Assembly: GCA_052426225.1 (NCBI GenBank)
Contig: JBNJNM010000006.1
Coordinates: 1,054,001-1,118,000 of the forward strand
DNA from: Zancudomyces culisetae HAW-14-8
Lineage: Eukaryota > Fungi > Kickxellomycota
Length of the DNA stretch: 64,000 nt
Direction: 5' to 3'
How positions within the stretch are numbered: position 1 is the first letter of the stretch; each line of letters starts with the position of its first letter. The notes beneath the pieces are model-generated. The model was not told where the DNA came from. It ran no database searches and saw only the letters and a list, made by a program, of their open reading frames with translations. A program made the position numbers and the translations under genes. Of the stretch, positions 1 through 11,565 are shown piece by piece.

Positions 1-2216
1 AGTCATATCCGTATCTAGCTTTGAATAGAACACGACCACAACCATAACCATGACTAAAAGTAAACTTATGCTACATGCCTGGTTGCGTCCATCTGCTTTA
101 TTTTTTTTAAAATGGTGCACTTTCTGCAACCTATACCAGAATACTCGCTTTGAACAATATTGAAATATATTTCCGATGCAGAAGTTCTCTGGATACCTAG
201 AATTTATATTTTAATACAGTTAAAGCTGTACTATACAAAGACTAGCAATTAACAGGCTATTATTTCAGTCATTTTTTTCTATGGAATTTCAGACTCATTT
301 GTCGATTATTGTTTTTGTCATCCTTATAGCCTTATAACCTTATAATGTGTAATCCAAGTGTGTTACCACTATATACTAGTTTTTGCATCTATTTCTTGCG
401 CACATTCATACGCAAGCCTGTTTAAGCTTTTATCATTGTTTCCAGCATTCTCACTCTCACTTTCAGTCTCATTCTCATTGATTTCTCCTGTATTTTCTTT
501 ACCCATGCTACCTTGAACAAACCTCTCGAAAAATGTGCATCTATTCATCTCTTTTTATCATTATGTTACTTTCTAGACTTGCAAACGCCTCAGTGATTTT
601 TCTAATGCTGCATTGAATCTTAATCTTTCATGAATTGGTTTTTACCTACTCATTCCCATATGCGAATTTAAGAGTTTGATAAAAATTGTGCCAATGTACA
701 TTTTATAGGACCCTTCCAACTTTTACATTCGAAGTATCATATTTGGACTTAATTGATCAGCATTTTTAGTTATACAAACATCACATCACCTTCAAAAAAA
801 AATAGTAATTCATGACACGTATAAATTTACCCTCTGCTTCAGCGCTTTGATTTTTTAAACAACATTTCTACTAAAATATCTTTGATTGATATCACTGTAT
901 TTTAGGTAGTATGCGTGTTTTTTGGTGAGTGTCATCTGCAAGCGGCGTAATCCATCCTGCGTGTTTGAATGAATGAAGTTTACCAATATGACGCTATGGT
1001 ATGTAATATGATTCGCCCTATACTGCGATCGTGTAATGTAAACCCGAATATCACGCCTCAAACAGGATTTTAATTTTGCGCCAACATTAACATATAATAA
1101 ACATAATGTTTGGGTGCTCACTTTTTTTATTTTCTTATAGAGCATAAAAAATGGAACTCAGGTACTCAAAAATACTTATGATTCTAGTTTTACCATATCC
1201 GGTGGTATTCAAAGATAAATAAATTCTGCATTTAGCAAAGTTAATGATAGCATATTCAAGTTTATAACGTGAGGTATATTGTGATTTGCATTGTACGAGA
1301 TAACTTGTATATGATAAGCGATAGTAGAATGCTAAACCTTTTTGCCACAAAACATTTTTTATGGGTAGATTTAATAGAATAATGACACAATTTAAAATCC
1401 TGGTCTTTCAAAGCAGCCCTTTTTGCAAAGAAAATTTCCATAACAAGGCTCAATAAAGTAGATTGCCAGAAATGTAAAAATACGCTCTGTTATGGTCATG
1501 ACCAACTATTGCTGCCACTTATAAGCATATAAAAATTTGTCACGTTATTTTTGTTACCAATTTGATGTCACAATCTCATAACAAAAATCAGCAATATCAA
1601 GTGCTGAAACGTGTTTATTGCCTTCAAAAAAATAATAAACCAGACCTATCATGAATGAAGCAGTCAAGTGTACACATCCAGAGTCAAAAGTACATTTTTT
1701 GATGCCAATTCAAGTTGCCAACTATGTAAAAAGCTATCTTGGCGGATTTTCCTGGCATATCTTGTGTATTTGAGTAGTTTAGATTCATTATCTAGAACAG
1801 ACTGAAAACCATTATAGTACACTAATAACAAAATTTATGACTGATATCACTAGAATTGAAAGGATACAGGTGTTACATTTGTACTGTCATACTATATGCG
1901 TAGTGCAGCCAGTTTATCTTTTTTACCAAAGTAAATGGATTTTGAATGTGAAAATAGTATCAATGAGAACGATGTATATTGCCACAAAACAGATTACTAG
2001 CCAACATGCTCATACCCAAAACCTGGAAGTATAGTCTTATATTAAATTTTAATATATACTCACTACTAATTTATGCTAAAAATATAATTCTGTACCCTCA
2101 AAAAAGTATAAATACATGGTTCTGTTTCTAACAAATCCTTTGTAAAAAAGACAAACGCTTTGTACTGATACACAAGCAGAAGATAAGAGGTTTAAAAAAA
2201 TATTAAAATACTAAAA

Positions 2217-3091
2217 ATGCTAACCACATCTGGAATATTGCATCTAACACTCGCTTCAATTCTCTTCAATAGCAAATATACAGCAGCTAACCATTTGACA
2301 ACAGAAAATGTCAATGTATCTCAGTTAGAAAATCATTCCGTGCATCCCGACAATATGTTTCCATTTATTCCACAAGTAACTAGTATTAGAGATGTAGCAG
2401 TAGAAATAATGGAAGAACAAGAGGAAGAACAAGAGGTTGACGAGTTTTTTGAGAATTTTAATGAGAATGACATGGTTGAAGAGGAAAGTATAGAAAAAAT
2501 AATTGAAAATCTAGAAGGTATGGTACAAACTCAAGCAAACGTAAGCCAGCCAGATCTGATGCTGCAAACTATGGGGCATAATAATACAGAACAGGCGGGT
2601 GTGGCTCACTTAGATATGGGTCAGGTACCAACAAACCATACGAATGTAGATCTGGCCAATATATCCCAAGAAGACGGCATCCTCGGCGCAAACTTTACGC
2701 CTGAGTTAGTAGGTAAGTTAGAACTAGCATGCTAATATGCGCATTTGTTTTTTTATGGAGGGAGATCATCTAATTGATGTTTTTTGGACGTCTATGGGTT
2801 AACTCAGGAACCCGGGTGTTCACAATATTACTTTTTTTCTATCATTATTTCGTATGTTTGTTGTTGCCTTTGAAAAACGCGATGTGGAAGTATACTAAAA
2901 AAAAACTATTAATACTGGTAGTTGGAGGAAAGTGCTCAGGTGTGATGTATTCTTGTGTTGGCCATGACCAACCGCAATATCTGCAGTGTAATTTCGATAG
3001 GTTTATTTTGATGGTATGCGGCCCAGGAACAGTATGTAGAAGCAATGGACAATATAGCGTATATTGCGGATACAGAGATTGTGAAGAATAA
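2217..3091 (+). CDS. Secreted acidic protein with C-terminal Cys-rich CBM19-like (putative chitin-binding) module; 2 exons (2217-2712, 2922-3091), about 221 aa
   Basis: Hydrophobic N-terminus and Glu-rich stalk. Phase-1 intron GTAAGT(2713)...TACTAA...TAG(2921) joins in frame to GGKCSGVMYSCVGHDQPQYLQCNFDRFILMVCGPGTVCRSNGQYSVYCGY, whose Cys spacing and C..GT.C motif resemble CBM19. TATAAATA at about 2108. Confidence 0.7.
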
Positions 3092-3704
3092 CTGATGTTT
3101 CCAGTTATTTCTAGCACTTTTTTATATCACAAGTACCCAAAAAGAGTAGGTGATGGTAGCACAAAAATATAAACGTTATTTTGGGGCATCTCACTTGCAT
3201 CTGGTCGATGGTTAGTAGGATTGGGGGGTATATTCTTTTTTATTATATCTATTTTACTAGATATATCAAGATTTGATTTACTTAATATCAGTAAAAAAAA
3301 TACAAGTTTGTTACATTGCCATAAAAATGATACTATTCCCTCATATTCAGTTTATAAAGTATTCAGTCATTTGTATCCACATTCCTTAATGCTGACATGA
3401 TGAATGTTTTGAGTGCTGTTTTTAGTAATAAACTACGTTTAAAACGTGCCAACAATGGGAGGGTGTTTTTTATCCAAAGCCCATTTATGCATCTCAAAAA
3501 AGGGAGGAATCGTGTTTCTATAGTACCATAAAAACACTGTCAGTTCAAAGGAAAAAGAAAAGGCTTTCTGCATTTTAAATACCATTTTTTGGGGAGGAAC
3601 GATGTCAATCTATTCAGTAAGCTATGTGGCATGTACTTGGAAGTGCCTGAATGAGCTCAAATCGCAAATTAAAAACCAGATCCGAAAAGTTTGTAGTTTT
3701 TTCG

Positions 3705-5506
3705 TTATGACATGACAACTGAGTGAATACCTGGATCTATTAACAGTTTCTTTCCATCTTCGAATATATCGACCAGTTTGTTATGATCTTCGATTGCATT
3801 TTCAAGCCTCCGCTTCAATTTTTCATTATCTTCGCGGTAAAAGTCATTGTCAATTAGTAGGCTCTTTATGGAGCATAGATAATATTCGCATTTTATACAG
3901 TGATTGACCGGAGGGCCAGAGGATGCAAGGGTGGAGCCAAAAGTAGAGTAGGTATTATTATTAGAATTACTTTCGTCTGTATCCATATCAGTAGTAGACC
4001 TGAAACCTTTCGACATCAATGACAACTCCGAAGGCTTGGGATTTACATATTGGACGCAATTATTTTTGTAGCCTGCTGCTGAAGTGCAAACTGATTGATT
4101 GTCGTGCTTGATTGTTTGTAGCTCAAGAATGTTTCCCTCGTAAAAGTTATCCTTTAAATAGTGTGAAAATTTTATAGATTAATTTTAATTCAATAAACAT
4201 GCCACATCAATACAAGTTGTGTATGAGGCATATAAAGGCGACACAAATGACTATACATAGATAGCAAAAAACTTACGATCTCAGCCTTTAACTCAAGGAA
4301 GGAGTCTACAAACTTTTTTTGGAGCGTGGATTTGAATTTCTCAGAAAGCAACGGCTTCCTCCTGTTCAGCAAGCCAGTTTGATGTGAAAAGTTGACACTA
4401 AATGCCGGAGAGGATTGGTTCAGCTGGCTACTGATAGCTTCAGAAACTACAAATAATAAGCAGAGGATATTAAAATATATTTTTAAGCGATTATAGAAAC
4501 ATATTATATACTAAAGTAGCACCACCACGGCCTTACAGTTAAATACTTTTGATTTCAACTCAAATAGCTCAAGTTTTTTTACAACTTTAATCTCTTTGGC
4601 GCCTTTCAGGGTGGTGTGTGGTCGAGAGAGAGTCTGTCTATTATACAAAAAACCGCTTTCCGGGATATCATTAAAACTCTCTTTGTTTCTAAGCCTTGAA
4701 TTCTCTCTCCTTAGCCTCGTATTCTCGCTATTTAATATGTAGTGTACAAAATTTCATTTAGAGCAATCCCAATGTGAAAGTCGTAAGACCTTGCAACTCA
4801 ATCTAACCACTTACTCTTCTATCTGTTTGATTCTTTGTAACAGAAAGTTCCGCTCATTATTATAGGTACCTGGTGGAAAGATCTCGGTGTTATAGAATCC
4901 GTCAAAAGTATTTCCGTCAGATATATAGGTTGCTAAATCATCGATATTTTCCTTTTCAATAGATTTGGCTGCAAGAATCTCTTCAAGTTGTCTAACCCTT
5001 GCTTCCATTTTTCTGATTTTTTTTAAAAGAAGTTCATTGGCAGAATTTTCGAGGCCCTGCCGATTTAGCTGCTGGTAACCACTGGGCGTAAATTTACATT
5101 TCACGGCGGTAAATCCCAAATTCGCATCATTAGGTTTTTTTATAAACAATGGTTGAAAAAACTTGGAGTCCCCGCTTTTACGGCTTAGCTTTAACTTTTC
5201 CAGCCGCTCTAGAACTTCCACGGAATCGCTTCTTTTTGATCTTGTTCGAGGGGACCGGGCAGGTGTTGTGATATCTGTGAAAACTGCTGTCCCTTTTATT
5301 TGACTGGAAAATGACTTTTTAGGACCTGCGCAATCAATCTTCCTAGATGTCTTGCCATTATTTTGTACAGTTTCATTGTGTCTTCTTTTCGTTCCGCTTT
5401 TCAAGTCAGCACTCTCAAGATATGTCGGAAAAAGTGCACTTTTACTTGGTTGTGTAATAATGAAAGTGGTGTTGTTTAGATACCAAAATTTTTCTTGAAA
5501 ATGATA
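3705..5506 (-). CDS. Multi-exon hypothetical coiled-coil protein (at least 4 exons; start exon not resolved)
   Basis: GT-AG introns 4814-4728, 4536-4447 and 4276-4152 join the ORF-track pieces 4811-5404, 4190-4372 and 3705-4025 in one frame. Coiled-coil-like segments (KKIRKMEARVRQLEEIL; DNEKLKRRLENAIEDHNKL). Frame is open to 5506 behind an AG, with no ATG. Confidence 0.7.
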
Positions 5507-8147
5507 CTATTAGCAAACTTTCAGTTTATTAAGTCAATATTAAAGTTATAATAGAAAATCACAGGATTGAAACAAAATAGTAAAAAAGTCTTTATCGTTA
5601 AAAAAGTAGATTGACAAACTTAGTTTCCTGTCAGATGGAATCTTATAACCTTGTATACAATTAAGGTTATAGCAGAAATAGCGTTAAACTAACAATTAAT
5701 ATAATAAACTTATACATAATTGATTATTTACTAAATTATGGTTAAATATATAATGTAAATGGCTAGTATATTGAAGTTTTGAACTAATAAATCTAATTAG
5801 CATGAACTAGGATTTAATACATTGATATACATATTGATAAAACCAAATATATTCAAAATACCAAGCTACCAAAGTATAACAATTTAGAGTTAATACGTTA
5901 TCTCAGACCCATTAACGCATTTCACTTTCACAATGTCGAAATTCTCGTTTACAACCAAGTTGGTACTTAATTTAAAATGCATATTTAAAAATGAGTGACT
6001 ATAGTTTTGGGAGAATAAACTATAACACAAATACCCTTAACTCACATAACATCATCCCAGTTTTACAAGATATTTTCAAGTACCAGACAGAGCGTGACAA
6101 CGAGTTGAAAAAAACAAAACTGTTCAAAATACTGATTACACTTGCTAACCTAAGACATGGGAATCACGGTAATGGGGTTTTCAGTCATGATTTTTTCTTT
6201 TTAGTTAAACACCATTACACTTTATCAATCAACTACAACAACGGGTAGAACCATACATTTGCAACTTTCAGCACCGCGGAAAAAGATAGTTGGTGGATTA
6301 CAAATCGAAAAGATACAAGTCAAAAGTTATATCCACACCCATAATGATACTTGTGTAGTTTGTACAAAAATTATCACAGTAAGTCAGGATATGCAGAGTC
6401 GGAAATACAAGCTGAACAGTCATGTTTCTCGCACTTGAATACTTCCAAACACCCTTATCTTTTTTTAATGCTATTACAATAATACCGCCAGCTCAGCTCA
6501 GCTCAACCCAGCAAAATGTCACACTCATTCAGTTTTATTATAAAACAATAGTTTGTATGTAAAGATACTTAACTCAATGGTAGCAACTAAACATACTTCA
6601 GTATTATACTCAAATATGTTTTGGATATATTACATTTAGAAGCTGCTGAACCATACCGTCTGTGGCTATTTTTTAAAGAAAAACAACCACAAAATAGTCA
6701 AAAATACAATGCACAGAGTCCAAATACCATCCAGACTCATAATAGGTTTAATGTACTAGAAAATTATTGTAGAGGATATATTTTCTTGGTCTATTCAGCC
6801 ATGCGCAATGAACTAGCCCATTCAATCTGTCTGAAATTGGTATTCCACTCAAAAAGATTTAAAAACCACTTCAGTCGCTTTGCAATAAACCTTATTATCA
6901 TTGTTTATGGTTGCCAGAAAAAGCTTAATTTTGTACCATGTGGTGTTTACACTGTAAGCGTTATTATTTTATTTTGGAATACATAGTTCATACAGCATAT
7001 CCACATTTGCGTCTGTTAGAAGGAAAATAGTATTGGATATAATAACGATGTTTGGCTGCAAAAACGAGGCGGGCTGACCAAGAACAGAACCACCATATCA
7101 TAGCCCTTAATCATATTTTTGTTTCTAGAATAAAAATAGTTATTTTGTATTTAAAAAAATACGCTCGTAGGAATTCTCACAATGCTTAAAGAAACCAGCT
7201 ACCAGAATTTTAACCTGGTTGGCGTGTCTGGTTTTTATCTTTAAAATGGCTATTTTCTTTACTAACTCAACTTATGGCTAACAGTTAACACTGCACTAAA
7301 CCAATACCCAAAAAAGTCAGTTGTATAATATTATTGTGAGCTGAATTTTCTTTTTGGTTATGAGTAATTATATTTCAGCGTTCCTAGAACAGCCTTAATA
7401 CTGTTTCTGTATCTCTAACAAATAAAATCAAAAGTACAGGGATACTTTAACTTTAATAATAATATGCTGTACTTTTGCGTATTTCATAGTTTGTATAAAC
7501 CTAATTGATAGATTCGTGGTTTTAGAAGACATAATAAATCGAATACAACCTTGAAATTTTAGCAGTAAAACGTGGGCGCTATCAACCCCGACACGCTCAA
7601 AACTACTCCTTGCACTGTAGCCAGTGTATTCTCTCCCTCCTTTTTTTTTTGTAGCCTTTTCGAGGCCTAGCTAGTATCTTATCGATACCCAAAATCGATT
7701 GGTGCTTGTTCGTTCAAGTATAATGGTTTTGGTGGAGGGAAATACTCAGAGTAATGTGGTTTTAGCTGTGGTACAAAATAAAAACATTGTACAAACACCG
7801 GAGTGTGGAGATAGATTTATTCAAATAATCTAGATGTATGAATATATTTAAGATGTGTTATTATTGCAAGAACCAGACGTGCTTCAATATGGCAGTATGG
7901 TATTTCTGTTCTTCTGAACCACAATGGCAATATGCAAGGTACCTTCCAATAACGATTTTACTCGGGTATATATTGTGTATTAGTGTAATAACACTGTGAA
8001 TTGTGGAATTAACTCACTTCTCTGACAAAAGTATATAAGAGCAAGGTTTTTTCAAACATAGTTTAAAAACCACAAAACAGTATTCCAACAGGGAAAAAAA
8101 CAAATAAATCAAAACGACCCAAAAAATATAAAACCAGAAAAGCCAAA

Positions 8148-8705
8148 ATGCTCAAATCAGTTTTAGTCAGTGCCTTGCTTCTTGGCTCAACCCTGGCCAA
8201 CCCAGCAAACAACTGTGGCGCCCAACAGAAATATAACAACGATCTTGCCAATACTGAAAATAAAGATAATATTGTTGGTTCTAAATACAACGATCTGACT
8301 GGTTTTAAATACAACGATCTGACTGATGCTGAATACAATGAACTTGCTGATTCTGAATATGACGAACTTGCTGATTCTGAGTTCAATGACATGCATCGTT
8401 GTTGCAGGCGCATGAAAACCACTGTTAGATTGTACAAGTCTCCCAGATTTCGTAGAAGATATGCTAAGCGCAGTATCAGAGTTGGAAAGTGCTACAATAC
8501 AAGAAAGTTCGGATCAATCAAGCTTGGAAGAAAAAGTGGATTGGAGACGCCAGGAAAGGGAGTAATTGTGGTTTGTTCAGGAAAGGATTGTACCGGTGCA
8601 TGCCAGGTAGTCCGTAGATCATCATCCAAGACCATCAGAAATATACCTAAGGTTTTAGGAAGAAGAGCCATTTCATTTGCTTGGCTCATGGTTAGAAGAA
8701 CCTAA
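8148..8705 (+). CDS. Secreted pre-pro protein: acidic 8-aa repeats plus a highly cationic beta/gamma-crystallin-like domain (copy A, 185 aa)
   Basis: Signal peptide MLKSVLVSALLLGSTLA; (K/E)Y(N/D)(D/E)LxDx repeats; dibasic RR; last 97 aa contain 27 K/R vs 2 D/E and 4 Cys; two Greek-key-like motifs; TATATAA at about 8032. Confidence 0.8.
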   Translation: MLKSVLVSALLLGSTLANPANNCGAQQKYNNDLANTENKDNIVGSKYNDLTGFKYNDLTDAEYNELADSEYDELADSEFNDMHRCCRRMKTTVRLYKSPRFRRRYAKRSIRVGKCYNTRKFGSIKLGRKSGLETPGKGVIVVCSGKDCTGACQVVRRSSSKTIRNIPKVLGRRAISFAWLMVRRT

Positions 8706-8973
8706 TTTGTAGGTTCTAGGATTTTAACTTTTTAGACAGTGTATTAGTCATAGATTTTTAGCAGTTGTTACAGTTTTTGAATTGAAAACACTTGAAAGTG
8801 GGCTTGAAATAAAATCACTTTATAATCAACTGCGGTTAGGATACAATAAGAAAAGTTCAAGGTGTAGATAAATAAATAAACTACATTTTTAAAAAAGATT
8901 GACTGTAATAATTGCAATATAAACATTAGTACTAGCAAAAAATAAAGTCAGGCTAGTATTCTTTGGATGAAAT

Positions 8974-9275
8974 TTAGAATAGACCTGTGATGGCTCCAGT
9001 TTCACAGTCAATATCAATATCATAGAAACAAGGTCTGGTGGGTAGACCTGGCATGGTTTGAATGTCTCCGCACAAAGGATAAACAAATCCAGCACCACTA
9101 CTTATGCGCACATCTCTGATAAACAGGTCGAAATCAGATGGAGCATTCTTGAGCTTTGGATCAGCTGAAAATGAGTATTGAGTCTTGGCCATACAGATAG
9201 GCAGGTGGCCGCTGTTGAGCTGATGCTCATAGATATCTAGTTTTTGAGGCCTACTTCTTGGGAAGATTCAATAGA
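8974..9275 (-). pseudogene. 5'-truncated fragment of C1-tetrahydrofolate synthase (extreme C-terminus of the formyltetrahydrofolate synthetase domain)
   Basis: Translates [35 protein letters not shown]...[41 protein letters not shown], the canonical FTHFS C-terminus. Similarity shifts frame near 9245 and vanishes beyond about 9275. Confidence 0.9.
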
Positions 9276-11019
9276 GACATGATAAATTAATTGCAAAAGA
9301 AATAGTTTTATATTTGAATAAGGATAGAGTCTGATTAAGTTATTGTGTTGACATTAATAAAACTACTGGTTTTAATGAATCTGTTTATTTCGCTGGTACA
9401 CTCAATTAAAGATAAAAGTTATGCAGAGGTAGCTAAAATCTATAAACACACACCACAGCTACTTAAGGTATATTTTACTTAATACAATAAAATGTATGCA
9501 CACCAACATATTCGATGTTCAAAATCCAATTGTCAGATTAATATGGCCAATAAAAAAATAAGATTTTTTGGTCTAACTTGATCTTTGCGAGAAACCGTAT
9601 AAAATATAGAAAATTGGACAAAAAGTTCTAACCAGACCAACAATGGATATAATAATTACAATCATACGACCTCGTTTTACAACGTTAGAAGTATTGATGT
9701 GAATACCCTGTATAAAAGAGCACTGGATGACAATTTTACTTGGATCAAGCAGACTTAAGTATGAATGAAAATTTTATCTTTATTTAATATTAACAATAAT
9801 TTCACCTACCAGAATGCAATTATGTGAGTACCATTTTATGTCTCTAATAGAATATTTAACTAATTACTCGTTTTTTGACCATCTTACCATAGCAATACTA
9901 GGTTGTTAAAACTGGGTATACAGATTTAAAAACTGTATACAAACCGATATTCATTTTTTTTGTTTTTTTTCCAATATTTGAACTAGGCTGGGCATAATTG
10001 TATCTGTGTGTTTGCATAACAATACCAGATTTTAACTTTATTCGATTAAATATATTTCCATTTCAAAAATATTTACTTGGGTAACATTCGCCTATAAATA
10101 GTACAACTTGACCAAATAAAAACAGCGCTAGTATTTATACTCCAATCCATACCAGTATATTCTTGGTTCGACGCCAATATTGTTACTTTGAGCTTGACGC
10201 ATAGTTATTCGAACTGAACAATCTAGATTTTCTGCTACTAGTTTTTCCAGATTCTTAATCTAGTTAATTCATCTACTCTTTTCAAGGTCAATTGTACCTG
10301 TCAAATAAAAAATTCAACTATATAACTCGGCTTGTGAAAACATCAATCTAAACGTATTTTTTAGTCTCATAAAATTAAGCTTCACAAGAATTACTACTCC
10401 AAGGGAAATGTTTTACAACACCCTGCATCTCACTCGTTTTTCTAAAGATATGACAACTACACGAAAATTGTAGTATTCGCCTTATCTAAATTTATATTTA
10501 TTACGAACCAACTCATATATATGAATACCTGAAATAGTGGATTCATTGAACTACTTTAGAAGCAGGTTGAAAAAGAAGAATATAAAGCTAGTATCAAATA
10601 ATATTAGATATGTTCACAAATCAACATTTCCATATCTTACTATACTAAATTTGATAGTGTTGATTATTGATTTAATAAAGATAAGGATTGAAGGTTTTGT
10701 GTGATAAAGATTTACACTTCGCTTAGTACCAGAAAGTTTAAAGTAATATTTAAATCATTCTGAGCAAAAGAAATACTTCTTTTCTCCAAATGACACAACA
10801 ATATAGCAATAGGCAAAACCCTGTAGGAAAATCGAGTAAATGAAATACCTGTACACAAAATTATTAACTCGTAATGCGTTTATTTACTATTTGTGCGAAT
10901 ATATACATGCATTCTAAAAAAAGGGAGCATATGATCGAAAAAAAGCAAAACTCATTAATTCTAATTTAAACAGTGTCGATTACTTGGTTGCTATCACCAC
11001 CATAACCACTTTTTTCAGC

Positions 11020-11565
11020 TTAGTGACGACCTCCTCTGTGTCCACCTCTGTGACCCCATCTGTGACCGTGTCTGTGTCTGTGTCTTCTACCAAATCTATC
11101 AAAGTAAAAGCCATCATAGAATGGGTAGTATGATGGGTATGTTTCTACACCAACAACTCCTACTCCACCAACGGCACCAGCTCCGTATGCAGTGTTGACA
11201 GCTCCAACAGCTCCAACGGCACCAGCATCATATGTAGTGCCAACAGTGCCAACTGCTCCAACTGCTCCAACTGCTCCAACTGCTCCACTATCATATCCTG
11301 TTGCGACGGCTGCACCAGTTCCATAGGTAGTGCCAACAGCTCCGACGGCTCCAACGGCTCCAACTGTAACTGGTACTGCTACTGCGTATGCAACTGGGTA
11401 ATCGTACCAGATTCCATTTCTCCAGTATCTGTGTCTGTGTCTGTATCCTCGGTGGCCGTGACCGTGGCGGCCTCCATGATGTCCTCCGTGACCACCGCTA
11501 CGTCCTGCAATAGCGGTTCCAGCTGAAAGTGCTAATACGGCTAGGGAAAGGGTTAATGATTTCAT
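11020..11565 (-). CDS. Secreted Gly/His/Arg-rich protein with a GAV-repeat core (181 aa)
   Basis: Signal peptide MKSLTLSLAVLALSAGTAIA; His/Arg/Gly blocks at both ends; 9-bp (GAV) repeats in the core; TATATAA about 75 bp upstream on the minus strand. Confidence 0.9.
   Translation of the reverse strand: MKSLTLSLAVLALSAGTAIAGRSGGHGGHHGGRHGHGHRGYRHRHRYWRNGIWYDYPVAYAVAVPVTVGAVGAVGAVGTTYGTGAAVATGYDSGAVGAVGAVGAVGTVGTTYDAGAVGAVGAVNTAYGAGAVGGVGVVGVETYPSYYPFYDGFYFDRFGRRHRHRHGHRWGHRGGHRGGRH

Larger units (their letters stand above)
1..8865 (+). repeat. Copy 1 of a direct tandem segmental duplication (period 19,100 bp); left end lies outside the window
   Basis: Sequence at 1 recurs at 19101 and every ORF recurs at +19100. 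I found no difference by eye until 8219 (C) vs 27319 (T). Diverged homology then continues to about 8865 / 27942. Confidence 0.97.

Noticed and set aside
855-2034. Short ORFs 855-1453 (-) and 1837-2034 (+), and their duplicates at +19100
   Set aside because: No motifs, no consistent splice model, and composition like AT-rich intergenic DNA. Their recurrence only reflects the duplication.
5643-5671. Short inverted repeat TATAACCTT...AAGGTTATA
   Set aside because: 9-bp AT-rich arms are expected by chance. No target-site duplication or transposase, so it is not called a MITE or terminator.
5991-6986. ORFs 5991-6248 and 6621-6986
   Set aside because: No recognisable domain or convincing exon structure.
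8281-8390. 24-bp tandem repeats that could be mistaken for a CRISPR-like array
   Set aside because: They are in-frame coding repeats without unique spacers, in a eukaryotic context.
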